NCBI GenBank assembly: GCA_009914755.4
Contig: CP086569.2
Span: 1,120,001-1,184,000 of the forward strand
DNA: 64,000 bases
Origin: the human T2T-CHM13v2.0 reference genome, Homo sapiens
Reading direction: 5' to 3'
Within the stretch, counting starts at the first letter, position 1. Each line of letters starts with the position of its first letter. The position numbers and the translations under genes are program-made. The notes below the pieces were generated by a model, which was not told where the DNA came from, ran no database searches, and saw only the letters and a program-made list of their open reading frames with translations. Below, piece by piece: positions 1 through 31,093 of this stretch.

Positions 1-1345
<1,345 letters not shown>

Positions 1346-1490
1346 GACCAGAAGCTTGAGCTTTTTGTCATGGAGAATTTCCAGTTGGGAAGGAGTTATC
1401 TGGACAGGATCATTCTGATCACGGTGCCCCAGGGAGACCCCTGTGAGGGGCGCTTTCTGTCATGTAGAGAACAAAGAACAGCCTGAATGA

Positions 1491-2125
<635 letters not shown>

Positions 2126-2173
2126 TAGCCCCTTCCACGAAAGCTGATGTCCCTTGTGAAAGAAAAATAAATC

Positions 2174-2491
<318 letters not shown>

Positions 2492-2679
2492 TCATTCTAT
2501 TCAAAGTGACCGTCTGTGCTCACTGAGATAGATGCATATCTCATTGCCTCCTTTAGAGAGGCTAACCAGAAACTCAAAAGAATGCAGCCATTTGGGAGGC
2601 AGACAGGGGCAGATCACCTGAGGTCAGAGGTGTGAGCCACTGCCCCTGGCCCATCTTGCTTATGTTGATTGATTTCTTA

Positions 2680-3081
<402 letters not shown>

Positions 3082-3307
3082 CTAAATAACTTCCTAAACT
3101 GACTGAGACCTGTCTCAGTTATTCGAGGTTCATGCTGGATACACGCTGGTTGGGTGAGACATCATTGTCCCGTGACAAGCTCATGCTAACTGAGGAAATT
3201 ATGACGGGGAAAGAGGCCAGACCTAACTGATTCTGTCTTGCTTCAAACGTTGAAGCTGTCCTTCTTCTTTCCTGGGCGTAGGCCGAACTAACTTTGAGAA
3301 GAAATTC

Positions 3308-3708
<401 letters not shown>

Positions 3709-3905
3709 TTAGCTACAAAATTAGAAATTACAGTTTAGGGCTCCTGCAGGAGTATGTCACTGTTGTAAAACTAAGATCGATGCTTGAGATGTTTTGCAGA
3801 GCCTGCATCTGGCGGATCGGCTGACACCACCTAGACTGGCCATCTGGCCCAACCAGTTCTGCCATCCCATCCAGGAACAGAAAACAACAAGAAAAACTCA
3901 CTTCA

Positions 3906-4210
<305 letters not shown>

Positions 4211-4289
4211 TTAAGGTGCTTTGTGAGGGTCGGATGAATACAATTGAATGGATCTGGCCCTAAGCTGGGAGTGAGCCGTGAGATACGAG

Positions 4290-5630
4290 CCATTATATCA
4301 CGGTGTGCATCTGGTGTGCCATCTGGTTGAACTCGGGAATTTAAAGTTCTCCACATTGATGGTGAAACTCAGAAACAAGGTGTGAGCCATTGACAAGAAG
4401 AAGTATAGCAGTGCCAGTTCCAGCAGCCTTGGTGAACCGTCTGGTTGAGCTCTTGGGAAGATAAACTTCTCTACATCAATGTCAAAAGGAAGATATGAGC
4501 CTTTGACAAGAATATCCACCATGATGCCCAGTTCCAGCAGCCTGGGTGAGCCATCTGGTTGAGCTCTTGGGAAGATAAACTTCTCTACATCAATGTCAAC
4601 AAGAAGATATGAGCCTTTGACAAAAAGATCCACCGTGATGCCCAGTTCCAGCAGCCTGGCTGAGCCATCTGGTTGAGCTCTTGGGAAGATAAGCTTCTCT
4701 ACATCAATGTCAACAAGAAGATATGAGCCTTTGACAAAAAGATCCACCATGATGCCCAGTTCCAGCAGCCTGGCTGAGCCATCTGGTTGAGCTCTTGGGA
4801 AGATAAACTTCTCTACATCAATGTCAACAAGAAGATATGAGCCTTTGACAAAAAGATCCACCATGATGCCCAGTTCCAGCAGCCTGGCTGAGCCATCTGG
4901 TTGAGCTCTTGGGAAGATAAGCTTCTCTACATCAATGTCAACAAGAAGATATGAGCCTTTGACAAAAAGATCCACCATGATGCCCAGTTCCAGCAGCCTG
5001 GCTGAGCCATCTGGTTGAGCTCTTGGGAAGATAAACTTCTCTACATCAATGTCAACAAGAAGATATGAGCCTTTGACAAAAAGATCCACCATGATGCCCA
5101 GTTCCAGCAGCCTGGCTGAGCCATCTGGTTGAGCTCTTGGGAAGATAAACTTCTCTACATCAATGTCAACAAGAAGATATGAGCCTTTGACAAAAAGATC
5201 CACCATGATGCCCAGTTCCAGCAGCCTGGCTGAGCCATCTGGTTGAATTCTTGGGAAGATAAACTTCTTTACATTGATGTCAACAACAGGGCATGATTCA
5301 TTAAAGACAAAAAGGCCCATTATTGTGCCCACTTCCAGCAGCCTTGGTGAGTCATCTGATTTGGCTCTTGGAAAGACAAACTTCTCTACATGAATGGTGA
5401 AAGTCAGAAACAGGGTATGAGCCATTGCCAAGCAGACCCACTATAGTTTGCAGTTTGAGCCTTGGTAAGCCATCTGGTTGAACTCTTGGAAAGTTAAATT
5501 TCTCTACATCGATGTCAGCAACAAAGTATGAGCCATTCACAAGAAGATCCACCATGGTGGCCATTTCCAGCAGCCTTCGTGAGCCACCTGCTTGAGCTCT
5601 TGGGAGATAACCTTCTCTACATCAATTCTG
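4290..5630. repeat. Minisatellite with 114-bp period, about 11.8 copies (unit …ccaccatgatgcccagttccagcagcctggctgagccatctggttgagctcttgggaagataaacttctctacatcaatgtcaacaagaagatatgagcctttgacaaaaagat…). Central copies are nearly identical; edge copies are degenerate.
   Basis: The motif gttccagcag recurs at 4531, 4645, 4759 and so on (spacing 114). The 377-aa minus-strand ORF is the 38-aa periodic reading of this array. Confidence 0.9.
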
Positions 5631-5644
5631 GAGAGAGGCAGCAT

Positions 5645-6030
5645 GCTACAGTTTGGGTACGGTTTGTTTGGTCCTGCCAGGTTTCATGTTGAAATTTGAC
5701 CCCCTGTGTGGTAGGTGGGACCTGGTGGGAGATGTTTAAACCATGTGGGTGAATCCCGTATGAATGGCTTGGTCCTGCCCCCATAGTCATGAGTGAGTTC
5801 TCATTCTCAGTTTCCAGGAGAGCTGGTTGTTGAAAAGACCCTGGCACCTCCCCCCGCTCTCTCTTGCTTCCTTTCTGCCCATGTGGTCTCTCCACACACA
5901 ATGTCTTCCCTTCACTTTCTGTCATGACTGGAAGCAGCGTGACGTCCTCACCACAAGCAGGTCCAAACACCACGCTTCCTGGACAACCTGGAGAACCACT
6001 ATGAGCCGAATAAATAATCTCTTTTTTTTT
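5645..6030 (+). mobile_element. MaLR solo LTR (THE1/MST-type), 5'-truncated
   Basis: Matches the MaLR LTR pattern: …ggtttg…gaaatt…ggtgggacctggtgggag…gaatggcttggtcctgcc…ccacacacaatg…ctgtcatgactgg…gagccgaataaa. Confidence 0.7.
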
Positions 6031-6039
6031 TTACCTTTT

Positions 6040-6832
<793 letters not shown>

Positions 6833-7028
6833 CAATGATCTCTTCTTTATCAATTACCCAACCTCAGGTATTCCTTTCCAGCAACATGAATGGACTAAGA
6901 CAGCTCCTGCAGGAATGGGGAGGCTAAGACGGTAGAGGTGCAGCCTGGTCAGCCATCTTTCACCTTTGCTGATGTTGCTATCCAGGTGTTTTCCATTGCA
7001 TGTGCATGAAGCCCTATGCTTTGTTTAG

Positions 7029-7298
<270 letters not shown>

Positions 7299-7317
7299 TA
7301 GACAGCACAAAAGGCAT

Positions 7318-9255
7318 CTGTATTTGTGTGTGTGCAAGTGTCTGTGCAGGTGTGTGTACACCAATATGCTTGTGCAGAGGCGTGTGCAGATGTGTGTGTA
7401 GTTGTGTGTATGGATAGGTGCACTGTGTGCAGGTGTGTGGGGATGTGTGTGTGCAGGTCTGTGTGTGCAGACATGCACGTGTATGCAGGTGTGTGTGTGT
7501 ACAGATGTGTGTGCAGGTGTGTGTGCAGATGTGTGTGTAGTTGTGTGTATGCACATGTGCATTGTGTGCAGGTGTGTGGGGATGTGTGTGTGCAGGTCTG
7601 TGTGTGCAGACATGCATGTGTATGGAGGTGTGTGTACAGACGTGCGTGTAGGTGTGTGTGCATGTGTGTGTGTGCAGATGTGTGTATGCACATGTGCACT
7701 GTGTGCAGGTGTGTGAGGATGTGTGTGTGCAGGTCTGTGTGTGCAGACATGCGTGTGTGTGCAGGTCTGTGTGTGCAGACATGCATGTGTATGCAGGTGT
7801 GTGTGTGTACAGATGTGTGTGCAGGTGTGTGTTTGCAGATGTGTGTGCAGATGTGCATGTGTCCTTGTGTATATGCACATGTGCACTGTGTGCAGGTGTG
7901 TGTGTGTACAGATATGTGTGCAGGTGTGTGTGCAGGTGTGCTTGTGTATAGATGTGTGTGTGTAGTTCTATGTACGCCCATGTGCACTGTGTGCAGGTGT
8001 GTGGGGATGTGTGTGTGCAGGTCTGTGTGTGCAGTTGTGTGTGCAGACATGCATGTGTGTGCAGGTGTGCGTGCAGGTGTGCGTGTGTAGACAAGTGTGT
8101 GTGTGCCATTGTGCTTGTTTGTGCAGATGTACGTGCAGGTGTGTGTGCAGATGTGTGTGTGTAGCTGTGTGTACACACATGTGCCCTGTGTGCAGGTGTG
8201 TGGGGATGTGTGCGCACGTCTGTGTGTGCAGACATGCATGTGCCTGCAGGAAAGTGGGGATGTGTGAGTGTGCAGGTCTGTGTGTGCAGATGTGTTTGCA
8301 GACGTATGTGTGTGCAGGTGTGTGTGCAGGACTGTGCCAGTGTGCTTGTTTGTGCAGATGTGTGTGCAGATGTGTGTGTAGCTGTGTGTACGCCCGTGTG
8401 CACTGTGTGCAGGTGTGTGGGGATGTGTGTGCAGTTGTGTGTGCAGACATGCATGTGTGTGCAGGTGTGTGTGCAGATGTGTGTGTAGTTGTGTGTATGC
8501 ACATGTGCATTGTGTGCAGGTGTGTGGGGATGTGTGTGCAGGTCTGTGTGTGCAGATGTGTGTGCAAACATGCATGTGTGTGCAGGTGTGTGTGCAGATG
8601 TGCGTGTGTAGACAAGTGTGTGTGCCATTGTGCTTGTTTGTGCAGACGTACGTGCAGGTGTGTGTGCAGATGTGTGTGTGTAGCTGTGTGTACACACATG
8701 TGCCCTGTGTGCAGGTGTGTGGGGATGTGTGCACACGTCTGTGTGTGCAGACATGCATGTGCCTGCAGGAAAGTGGGGATGTGTGAGTGTGCAGGTCTGT
8801 GTGTGCAGATGTGTGTGCAGACATGTATGTGTGTGCAGGTGTGTGTGCAGGACTGTGCCAGTGTGCTTGTTTGTGCAGATGTGTGTGCAGATGTGTGTGT
8901 AGCTGTGTGTATGCCCATGTGCACTGTGTGCAGGTGTGTGGGGATGTGTGTGTGCAGGTCTGTGTGTGCAGTTGTGTGTGCAGACATGCATATGTGTGCA
9001 GGTGTGTGTGCAAATGTGTGTGTAGCTGTGTGTACGCCCATGCGCACTGTGTGCAGGTGTGTGGAGATGTGTGTGTGCAGGTCTGTGTGTGCAGGTGTGT
9101 GTGCAAACATGCACACGCGTGCAAGCATGTGTGCAGGAGTGTGTGTGCACGTGTGTGCGGGCGTGTGGAAATGTGTGCGTGTGCAGGTCTGTGTGTGCAG
9201 ATGTGTGTGCAGACATACATGTGTGTGCAGGTGTGTGTGTGTAGATGTGTGTGGG
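7318..9255. repeat. TG/CA-rich complex minisatellite (~1.9 kb) built from gcaggtgtgtg / gcagatgtgtgtg / gcagacatgcatgtg sub-units, with a higher-order period of about 520 bp (for example 8190-8460 against 8710-8965, 8060-8185 against 8580-8700)
   Basis: Long alternating purine-pyrimidine runs. Near-identical ~520-bp blocks. All overlapping ORFs (H/T-rich on the minus strand, C/V-rich on the plus strand) are low-complexity artefacts. Confidence 0.9.
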
Positions 9256-9903
9256 ACTCACACTTGAGCTGTTCCACGGGCCAGTCTTTGGAGACGAGGT
9301 CAGGAGCCAATGAACTCACGGAGCAATTACAGGTTTCCCAATCCTATGAAATGAGGAAGCAGGGGAGGGAGGGGCAGGGAGTGTATGATGACAGAGAGGA
9401 ACTCTGAAGGGAGCTACTCAGAAGCGGGAGTCTCCGAGAGAAGAAAAGCAGGTGGAAGGAGAGGAAGCGGATGCCGTGGGGGTAAGCTAAGTTCTTTCCT
9501 TCTGTGGTCTTTGAGCATGTCGAGTCACCCGGGTACATGTTTCTGCTGTGTCTGTGGATAGAAAAGAAAGAGACTGAACTGGAACATAAGATTTCAAACG
9601 TTGGCTCGAGCCGAAGTGGGGACAGCGGCCCAGAAGACTGAGAGCCAAGGAACCTTGCATATGAGTTGTCTTCTGCCTTTGTTATATGCAGGTTTTTAAA
9701 GGCAAAATTAAAAAAATAAAATAAAATAAAAAGAGGGAGGTGTTGTTGGAGGACAGGGAGGGGGCTTCTGTGAAGCTGTTTGCTGGGAATTCTCGTTGGT
9801 TTACAGAAAAAAACAATTGATTAATGATTGGCTGTACATTGCTAAGCTACAGGGCGTTGGGGTGTAGTATCTAGCACGGAATTATCACGTGAATTCACAG
9901 CTA

Positions 9904-10325
<422 letters not shown>

Positions 10326-10417
10326 TCAAGAACGGGTTCTGGGATCTTGCCCAAGAAAGAACTGGAGGCAAGTTCACATTGCAAACTGAAAGCAAGCTTA
10401 TTAAGATAGTAAAGGGG

Positions 10418-10748
<331 letters not shown>

Positions 10749-10837
10749 CTACAAGGGTGCCTGATAAAGGATTCATCTTTGTCATGACTATCTTTTGCAG
10801 TAATCAATATTGTATATATACATATTATATATTTTTT

Positions 10838-11130
10838 ATTATTATTATTTTGAGATCATCTGGCTGTGTCATCCAGGCTGGAGGGCAGTGGTGCAATCAC
10901 AGCTGACTGCTGTCTTGAATTCCTGGGCTCAAGCAATCCTCCCATCTCTGCCTCCTGAGTAGCTGGGTCAAAGGCAAATGCCACCATTCCTGGCAAATAT
11001 TTGTATTTTTGTAGGGACGAGGGTTTCACTGTGTTTCCTGGGCTGGTCTTGAACTCCTAGACTCAATCTGTCTTCCTGCCTCAGCCTCCCAAAGTGGTGG
11101 GATGACAGGTGTGGGCCACCGCGCCTGGCC
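10838..11130 (-). mobile_element. Older, diverged Alu (AluJ-like)
   Basis: Reverse-complement Alu with many substitutions. Confidence 0.8.
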
Positions 11131-11361
11131 CAATATTATCATTTTTAAAGCAAAACGGATTCTCACACTACGAAAGCTTTTGTTCTGAAGATATCAACAC
11201 ATCAGGAGGTTTCTGTGTCTGTTCAGTCCTCGGTCTGTTTAGTAAACAGTATTGATCTGTTCACATATCTTGCGTCGGGAATGGCTGACCTCCAGGGAAT
11301 GCTGCCCAGCCTGTCCCAGCCTCCCTGTTCCCAGCCCCTATTCAAGATGGAGTCCCTCTAA

Positions 11362-11628
11362 GCTGGGCGTGGTGTAATCCCAGGACTTTGGGAGGCTGAG
11401 GTGGGCGGATCACCTGAGGTCAGGAGTTCGAGACCAGCCTGGCCAACAGGGTGAAACCCCATCTCTACTAAAAATACCCAAAATTAGCCGGGGCGTGGTG
11501 GCGGGCGCCTGTAATCCCAATATTTTGGAAGGCTGAGGTGACAGAGGATTGCTTGAGGCCACAGCAATTCCAGACCAGCCCGGGGCAACATCGTAAGATT
11601 CCCCCATCCCTCGTGTATAAAAAAAAGA
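11362..11628 (+). mobile_element. Diverged Alu
   Basis: gggcgtggtg…aatcccaggactttgggaggctgaggtgggcggatcacctgaggtcagg…. Confidence 0.8.
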
Positions 11629-11759
11629 TTAAATTATTACAAATTTTAAAAAAGACAGAAATGAAGCATCTTAAGTTACCACCCAGATTGGGGTACTAAG
11701 AGTCTGGATTTGGACAGCTTGTTGCGCGTTTTATAGGTGTGCTAAATCACATTTCACTC

Positions 11760-12239
<480 letters not shown>

Positions 12240-12343
12240 TAGATTTTTGGTTTAAACTCGAGAAGCTCTTCTCGAGGGCTGAAAGCTCTTGGTCCCCTGT
12301 AGGTTTGCTGTAGATGACAGACATGAGGCAGATTGATTAATAA

Positions 12344-12727
<384 letters not shown>

Positions 12728-12865
12728 TGAGGTTCAGAAGCTAGTACACCACATTGAGACTACAGAAAGGATAGGGGATTGGATCCTGGTACAAAAAAAA
12801 AAAAAGGTTATAGGGTTGGGGGGAAAGAGGAATTCTATTGAGGAGCAATATATAATTTCTACTGA

Positions 12866-13623
<758 letters not shown>

Positions 13624-13723
13624 TGAACCCTGTATATCGTGACTTACTTTCCAACCTGACTCTGGCAAACGTTACAAGACAGAGAAAAAAACAACATATG
13701 TTGCCCCAAAATATGTTTCTTAG

Positions 13724-14305
<582 letters not shown>

Positions 14306-14744
14306 ATGAAAGGGTTTTTCATTAAAAATCCTTGTTATACCGTGGAGCCCTGTGTTGGGGTAAAATATCATGATTTCCCTCACTCTCCATCATTCTTGCT
14401 TTGAATCTGAGAAGGAAGCTTGGCGGCCTCTATTTTAGGATCAGCCGAAAATTTCCAGAAAGGGGAAAGAAAACTCATTCTGTAAACACAAAAAAGAAGA
14501 AGAGAAAAAAGTATAAGCGGTACAGACAAAACGCAAAGATGTTGCATAATTTTCCGTGAGTGCAAAATGTCCTGTAAACCAAAAAAGAGGTATCTGAGAC
14601 AGGTCTCAGTCCATTTAGAAAGTTCATTTTGCCGAGGTTAAGGACGCCTGCCCATGACAGAGCCTCAGGAAATCGCGATGACAGGTGCTGTGGATACACA
14701 GGGCACAATTTGCTTTCATACATTTTTTTGGCGGGGAGGGAGCT

Positions 14745-15911
<1,167 letters not shown>

Positions 15912-15996
15912 TAAGTCCCTAAGTGACAAAAGGTTTCATTCGAGTCCTTGATCAGTTTTCCACAGAATACACAGTTTAGCCTGGCTCAGTAAATCT

Positions 15997-16303
15997 GCAT
16001 TTTTTTTTTTTTTTTTTTTTGAGACAGAGTCTCGCTCTGTTGCCCAGGCTGGAGTGCAGTCATGCGATCTTGGCTCACTGCAACCTCCGCCTCCTGGGTT
16101 CAAGCTATTCTCCTGCCGCAGCCTCCTGAGTAGCTGGGACTACAGGCTCCCACCACCATGCCCAGCTAATTTTTTTGTATTTTTAGTAAAGACGGGGTTT
16201 CACCCTGTTAGCCAGGATGGTCTCGATCTCCTGACCTCGTGATCTGCCCATCTTGGCCTCCCAAAGTGCTGGGATGACAGGCATGAGCCACCGCGCCCAG
16301 CCC
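15997..16303 (-). mobile_element. Alu
   Basis: Poly-T then gagacagagtctcgctctgttgcc…catgagccaccgcgcccagcc. Confidence 0.9.
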
Positions 16304-16338
16304 TAAATCTGCATTTTTACATGAACAATAGGGCAGAG

Positions 16339-16653
<315 letters not shown>

Positions 16654-16683
16654 GGTAGGGGAGAGGAAACAATCAGACTTTGA

Positions 16684-17304
<621 letters not shown>

Positions 17305-17539
17305 TGAAGGCTAAAGAACTGAAATGTTTTGCTCCGTAATGATGAACCAGGATAGAAGTGAGAACTCAGGGCAGAAGAATCTGAATGAGGAACTGTCTGA
17401 CCTATGACAAATTTAACATGTCACGTTCCCTCTGAGACAGTACACATCCTCCTGAAGCAGCGTGACAAGGCACATCCTCCTGAAGGGTCTCCAGGCAGAA
17501 GAGACGCATGAACCTGTCAAAAAAAAAAAAAAAAAAGAG

Positions 17540-17947
<408 letters not shown>

Positions 17948-17974
17948 TTATATGTTTTTGTTTGTTTACTTATT

Positions 17975-19100
<1,126 letters not shown>

Positions 19101-19250
19101 AGCCAACAGACAGTTTTGCAGGACCATTTCAAAATATGTCAAGTAAATATATTTTGGGGTGAAATGTATTTTAAAGTGGCATATACTGATTTCCCACAGT
19201 CTTGTCTGGGGAGGCATATCCTGGCCTCCTAGAAAGCATACACAGTAGCA

Positions 19251-19548
<298 letters not shown>

Positions 19549-19745
19549 TACGCAGTAGCTGAGAAGACAGGGAAAAGAGGTGAAGAAATGACAGAAAGCT
19601 TAGAAGTCGCTCATTATAACCCCTTCCTACCCCATCTCATGCTTCCCTTAAAGCATAAACGAAGGGTGCTTGTGTTACAGGAAAGGGGTTCGGATCCAGC
19701 CCCCAAGAGGGGGTTCTTGGATCTCACGCAAGAAAGAATTCAGGG

Positions 19746-21790
<2,045 letters not shown>

Positions 21791-22098
21791 AATAATTAAT
21801 AATAATAATAATAACTAGTGCAAGAGAAGTACACAAATATCCCAAACATTTAGTGACTCAGCAGAGGGGGCCAGTCTCAAGGAACAGGACTTCTACACCT
21901 GTTACCACCACCTGGGGAGTTGTATCTGAATCTCAAGGTCAGGCCCACCCAGACAGAACATGCATCTCTAGGGTGCCACAGGAGAGTCTGTCCAGTGCCC
22001 AGAAACACCTGCAAGACCCAGAAGCAGGCTCCAAGAAGCGGGGTGCCACAGTCCAGTGGGGGAAGCGGCCACATCCCTGTCATGTGGGCTACAGATGA

Positions 22099-22520
<422 letters not shown>

Positions 22521-22616
22521 GAGAGACGCAATCTTTCAGAGAGGAGGTTTGGAGCAGGAACCTCAGGGTGGACAGATGGGTCCCACCAGGTGCAGATGCT
22601 TGAACTAAAGATGCTA

Positions 22617-22943
<327 letters not shown>

Positions 22944-23039
22944 TTAGTTTGGTCCATAAAGGCGGGACAACTCAAAGTGGGGGCTTCCAGGCTATAAATG
23001 AATTTAAACATTTTCTGGTTGACAATTGGTTGAGTTTGT

Positions 23040-24040
23040 AGCTCCTCCTCCTTCTCTTCTTCCTCCTCCTTCTCCCCCCTTCCTCCTCTTCCTCCTCTTC
23101 CTCCTCCTCCTTCTTCTTCTCTTCTTTCTTCTTCTTCTCTTTCCCCTTCTTCTTCTTCTTCCTCCTCCTTCTCCTCCTCCTTTTTCTTCTTCTTCCTTAT
23201 GGGCTTGGATAGAAGTATATTGACATGGATCCACCATTTGTAGAATCATACCGAGTAGCTTCTTTTCTCCTCCTTCCTCTCCTTCTCCTCCTCCTCCTCC
23301 TCCTCCTTCTCCTGCTCCTTCTCCTCCTCCTCCTCCTGCTCCTTCTCCTCCTCCTCCTCCTTCTCCTCCTCCTCCTCCTGCTTCTCCTCCTCCTCCTTCT
23401 CCTCCTCCTGCTTCTCCTCCTCCTCCTTCTCCTCCTCCTTCTTCTCCTCCTCCTCCTTCTCCTCCTCCTCCTTCTCCTCCTCCTCCTTCTCCTCCTCCTC
23501 ATTCTCCTCCTGCTCCCCTTCTCCTCCTCCTTCTCCTCCTCCTCCTTCTCCTCCTGCTCCCCTTCTCCTCCTCCTTCTCCTCCTCCTCCTCCTCCTGCTC
23601 CTCCTCCTCCAGCTCCCCTTCTCCTCCTACTCCTCCTTCTCCTCCTTCTCCTTCTCCTCCTTCTCCTACTCCTCCTTCTCCTACTCCTCCTTCTCCTACT
23701 CCTCCTTCTCCTCTTCCTTCTTCTCCTCCTCCTGCTCCTTCTCCTCCTCTTCCTCCTACTCCTCCTTCTCTTCCTTCTCCTCCTCCTCCTTCTCCTCCTC
23801 CTCCTTCTCCTCTTCCTCCTTCTCCTCCTCCTCCTTCTCCTCCTCCTCCCTCTCCTCCTCCTCCGCCTTCTCCTACTCCTCCTTCTCCTCCTCCTTCTTC
23901 TCCTCCTCCTGCTCCTTCTCCTCCTCCTCCTTCTCCTCCTGCTCCTTCTCCTCCTCTTCCTCCTACTCCTCCTTCTCTTCCTTCTCCTCCTCCTCCTTCT
24001 CCTCCTCCTGCACCTTTCCTCCTCCTCCTTCTTTTTCCTT
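23040..24040. repeat. Polypyrimidine(+)/polypurine(-) tract of ~1 kb, (CCT)n/(CTCCTCCTT)n-like, interrupted by about 85 bp of unique sequence at 23190-23275
   Basis: Direct reading. The long poly-L, poly-R, poly-G/E ORFs here are artefacts. Confidence 0.95.
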
Positions 24041-24377
24041 TTTTGCATAAAGAAGTATCAAATAAGAGTAGTTTCACTGCCCTAAACATCCTCTGAGGTC
24101 CATGTATTCATCCCTCCATCTGCCCAACGCCAACCAACTCCGGATCTTTTTACTGTTTCCATGATTTTGTCTTTTCCACAGTGTCCAAGTGTTAGAATGA
24201 CTCAGTCTGCAGCCATCTCAAAGTGGATTCTTTCCCTTAGTCATAAGTATTTAAACTTCATTCATGTCGTTTTATGTACTCACCCTTTTTTTCTTCCTCT
24301 TCTTTTTTTTTTTTTTTTCACTTTCCTTTTATAGCTGTTGCAAAAGTCAAGATTTTTTAAAAAATATAAAAGAGCAG

Positions 24378-24743
<366 letters not shown>

Positions 24744-25145
24744 TTATCTTATTTCCCCAAATCCACTAATTATTAACAGAAAGTAAAAGCTATGAAAAAT
24801 GAATGAAAGTGACTGCAATTTCCTTGAAGTGTGTTAGAACCTGCCTTTAGTGTCAGCTATGGGTTCCCTCATGAAGGTCAGCTGAGCCATGACCCATGAA
24901 CCATGGAAGCTTGACTCTAGATTGACCATCTTGAGATGCCAAAGATGTCCACGTCCTAATCCCATGTGGGAGACAGAATAATGGCCCTGCAGACCTTCCC
25001 AGCTGGCCATGACCCCTCATTTGACCAGGTCAGCGGCTGACCACCATCCTGGGTTTGTTTCCCCAAATCACCTCCCTGGGGTCCCCTGCCAGGAATGTCC
25101 TGGGAGAGGCAACCTTCTCACTGTGTGATATTTTCTCTCCTGCAG

Positions 25146-25171
25146 CTCTTCCCTTCTCTCTGACCAGCACC
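25146..25171 (+). other. CSF2RA: 5'UTR portion of CSF2RA first coding exon (internal exon; acceptor ttttctctcctgcag at 25131-25145)
   Basis: Strong polypyrimidine tract plus AG immediately upstream. ATG at 25172 with purine at -3 (caccATGc). Confidence 0.7.
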
Positions 25172-25247
25172 ATGCTTCTCCTGGTGACAAGCCTTCTGCT
25201 CTGTGAGTTACCACACCCAGCATTCCTCCTGATCCCAGAGAAATCGG
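25172..25247 (+). CDS. CSF2RA: CSF2RA coding exon 1: start codon and signal peptide [25 protein letters not shown], plus 1 nt (phase 1)
   Basis: ATG 25172-25174. Hydrophobic signal peptide. Donor tcgG|gtaagt at 25248. The trailing G joins 'at' of the next exon to give D. Confidence 0.9.
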
Positions 25248-25531
25248 GTAAGTATGGAAACCTGGCTGAACCTTCTCCGCGGCCCCTGTTTAGATGTCCT
25301 GCATCTGGAGACCCATCTGGATACCTGGGTCCATCTGCATTTCATCTCTAATGTTTATGAGGGACCCAATAAGCACCAGCCAACCCACCAGAAGCTCAGA
25401 GCTCCTCTTGTTCTCACCTCCTTTTCTGCTGTTAATTCCCATCCACCCATTCTACAGATGAGAAAACGGAGGCTCAGATACCTCCACAGTTTAACCCAAC
25501 GACCATCCAGGTAGTGATGGGGCCAGGATGA

Positions 25532-26335
<804 letters not shown>

Positions 26336-26649
26336 TGTTTGTTGACTTCTTAATAGCAGCCATTGTGACTGGCGTGGAATGATAGCTCATTGTGGTTTTG
26401 ATTTGCGTTTCCGGGAGGGACCCTCTTGACTGAGGGTGTCAGGGCCTCTGCTTCAGGAAAGTATTTCCAGGTTTTTGTGACCTGGTTCAGGGAAGACAGA
26501 CAAAGACAGCTTTCTGTTTCTGCAATTTTCTCAAATTCCTTCAGCTTTATATTAAACTGCCAAGGTTCCATAATTTGGGAAGTGTGTTCAGAGCCACATC
26601 ACTCTGGATAAAGAGCCTTTGCCTGTTCTCATTCAAGCGGTTTTCTTTC

Positions 26650-27665
<1,016 letters not shown>

Positions 27666-27872
27666 CAGATGATTTTTGAATATTTCTGCAGTAGAAATCT
27701 CCTTTTTCAGAAACAGCCAGGGGGCTGTGAAAAGGAGGGAAGATGGACAAGGGAGGAACAGATACCTGAGGATGTGGGACGTCCTGGGGCCATGTGGGTG
27801 ACAGAGGAAAATCAGCAGGCTTCAGCCCTGAACTTCACCTCCCAGAGCCGGGTGGGAGGACAGAAAACAGGG

Positions 27873-28433
<561 letters not shown>

Positions 28434-28444
28434 TAAAAGCAACA

Positions 28445-29044
<600 letters not shown>

Positions 29045-29547
29045 TCAATTAAATAAAAGCGAGAGGGCCACAGACACAAACAACACAAGTGTGGTATTTG
29101 GAGAAATGTCACAGCCATAATCTCACGGGAACCGGGAAAGTGCTGTTAGCTCATGTCCACAATGTGTACCAGAGCCTGATTCCCTGAGGCAGAGCCTATG
29201 TTACCGTATTTTACCCCAAGAGAAGAGAAATCCTGGCAAATGCAGTTGGATGTGCCCCTGGGTCTGTGGTGGAAGCAGGACGGAGAAAAGTAAAGTGTCA
29301 GTCACGTTGTCAGTGTGTCACCGTCCTGGTTCCCCAAGGGATTAAGGTCAGGGTTTTTGGAACACAGGAGACAGAGACAGAAGAGCGGGGAGAGGGGAGG
29401 GAAGGAGGGAGAAACACAGAGAAAGGATAGAAGGAGGAGGGAGAGGAAGAGAGAAATATGGATGATCGATAGATAGGTGATAGATGATTTATTGACTGAT
29501 AGGTGATAATAGATGATTGGAAGATTGATAATCAATTCTATAGGTAG

Positions 29548-30512
<965 letters not shown>

Positions 30513-30586
30513 TAGAGTATAAGATTGAGTTTTCACCTGCAAGCTGGTATTCAGCGTATCCACTCAGAGCCCTCGGAGGAAGCTTA

Positions 30587-30965
<379 letters not shown>

Positions 30966-30969
30966 TCAG

Positions 30970-31093
30970 CTCAGTAACAACGAATGTTCGTGCACATTTC
31001 GTGAAATTTGTCTGCATGAAGGAGTCACATTTGAGGTTCACGTGAATACTAGTCAAAGAGGATTTCAACAGAAACTGCTTTATCCAAATTCAG
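30970..31093 (+). CDS. CSF2RA: CSF2RA coding exon 3 ([41 protein letters not shown] + 1 nt)
   Basis: Acceptor attcttcag|CTCAGT. Donor TTCAG|gtaagc. Cysteine pair typical of the cytokine-receptor N-domain. Confidence 0.9.

Noticed and set aside
23026-24089. Poly-Leu, poly-Arg and Gly/Glu ORFs of 196-286 aa
   Set aside because: Translation of the (CCT)n/(AGG)n homopyrimidine-homopurine tract. Not coding.
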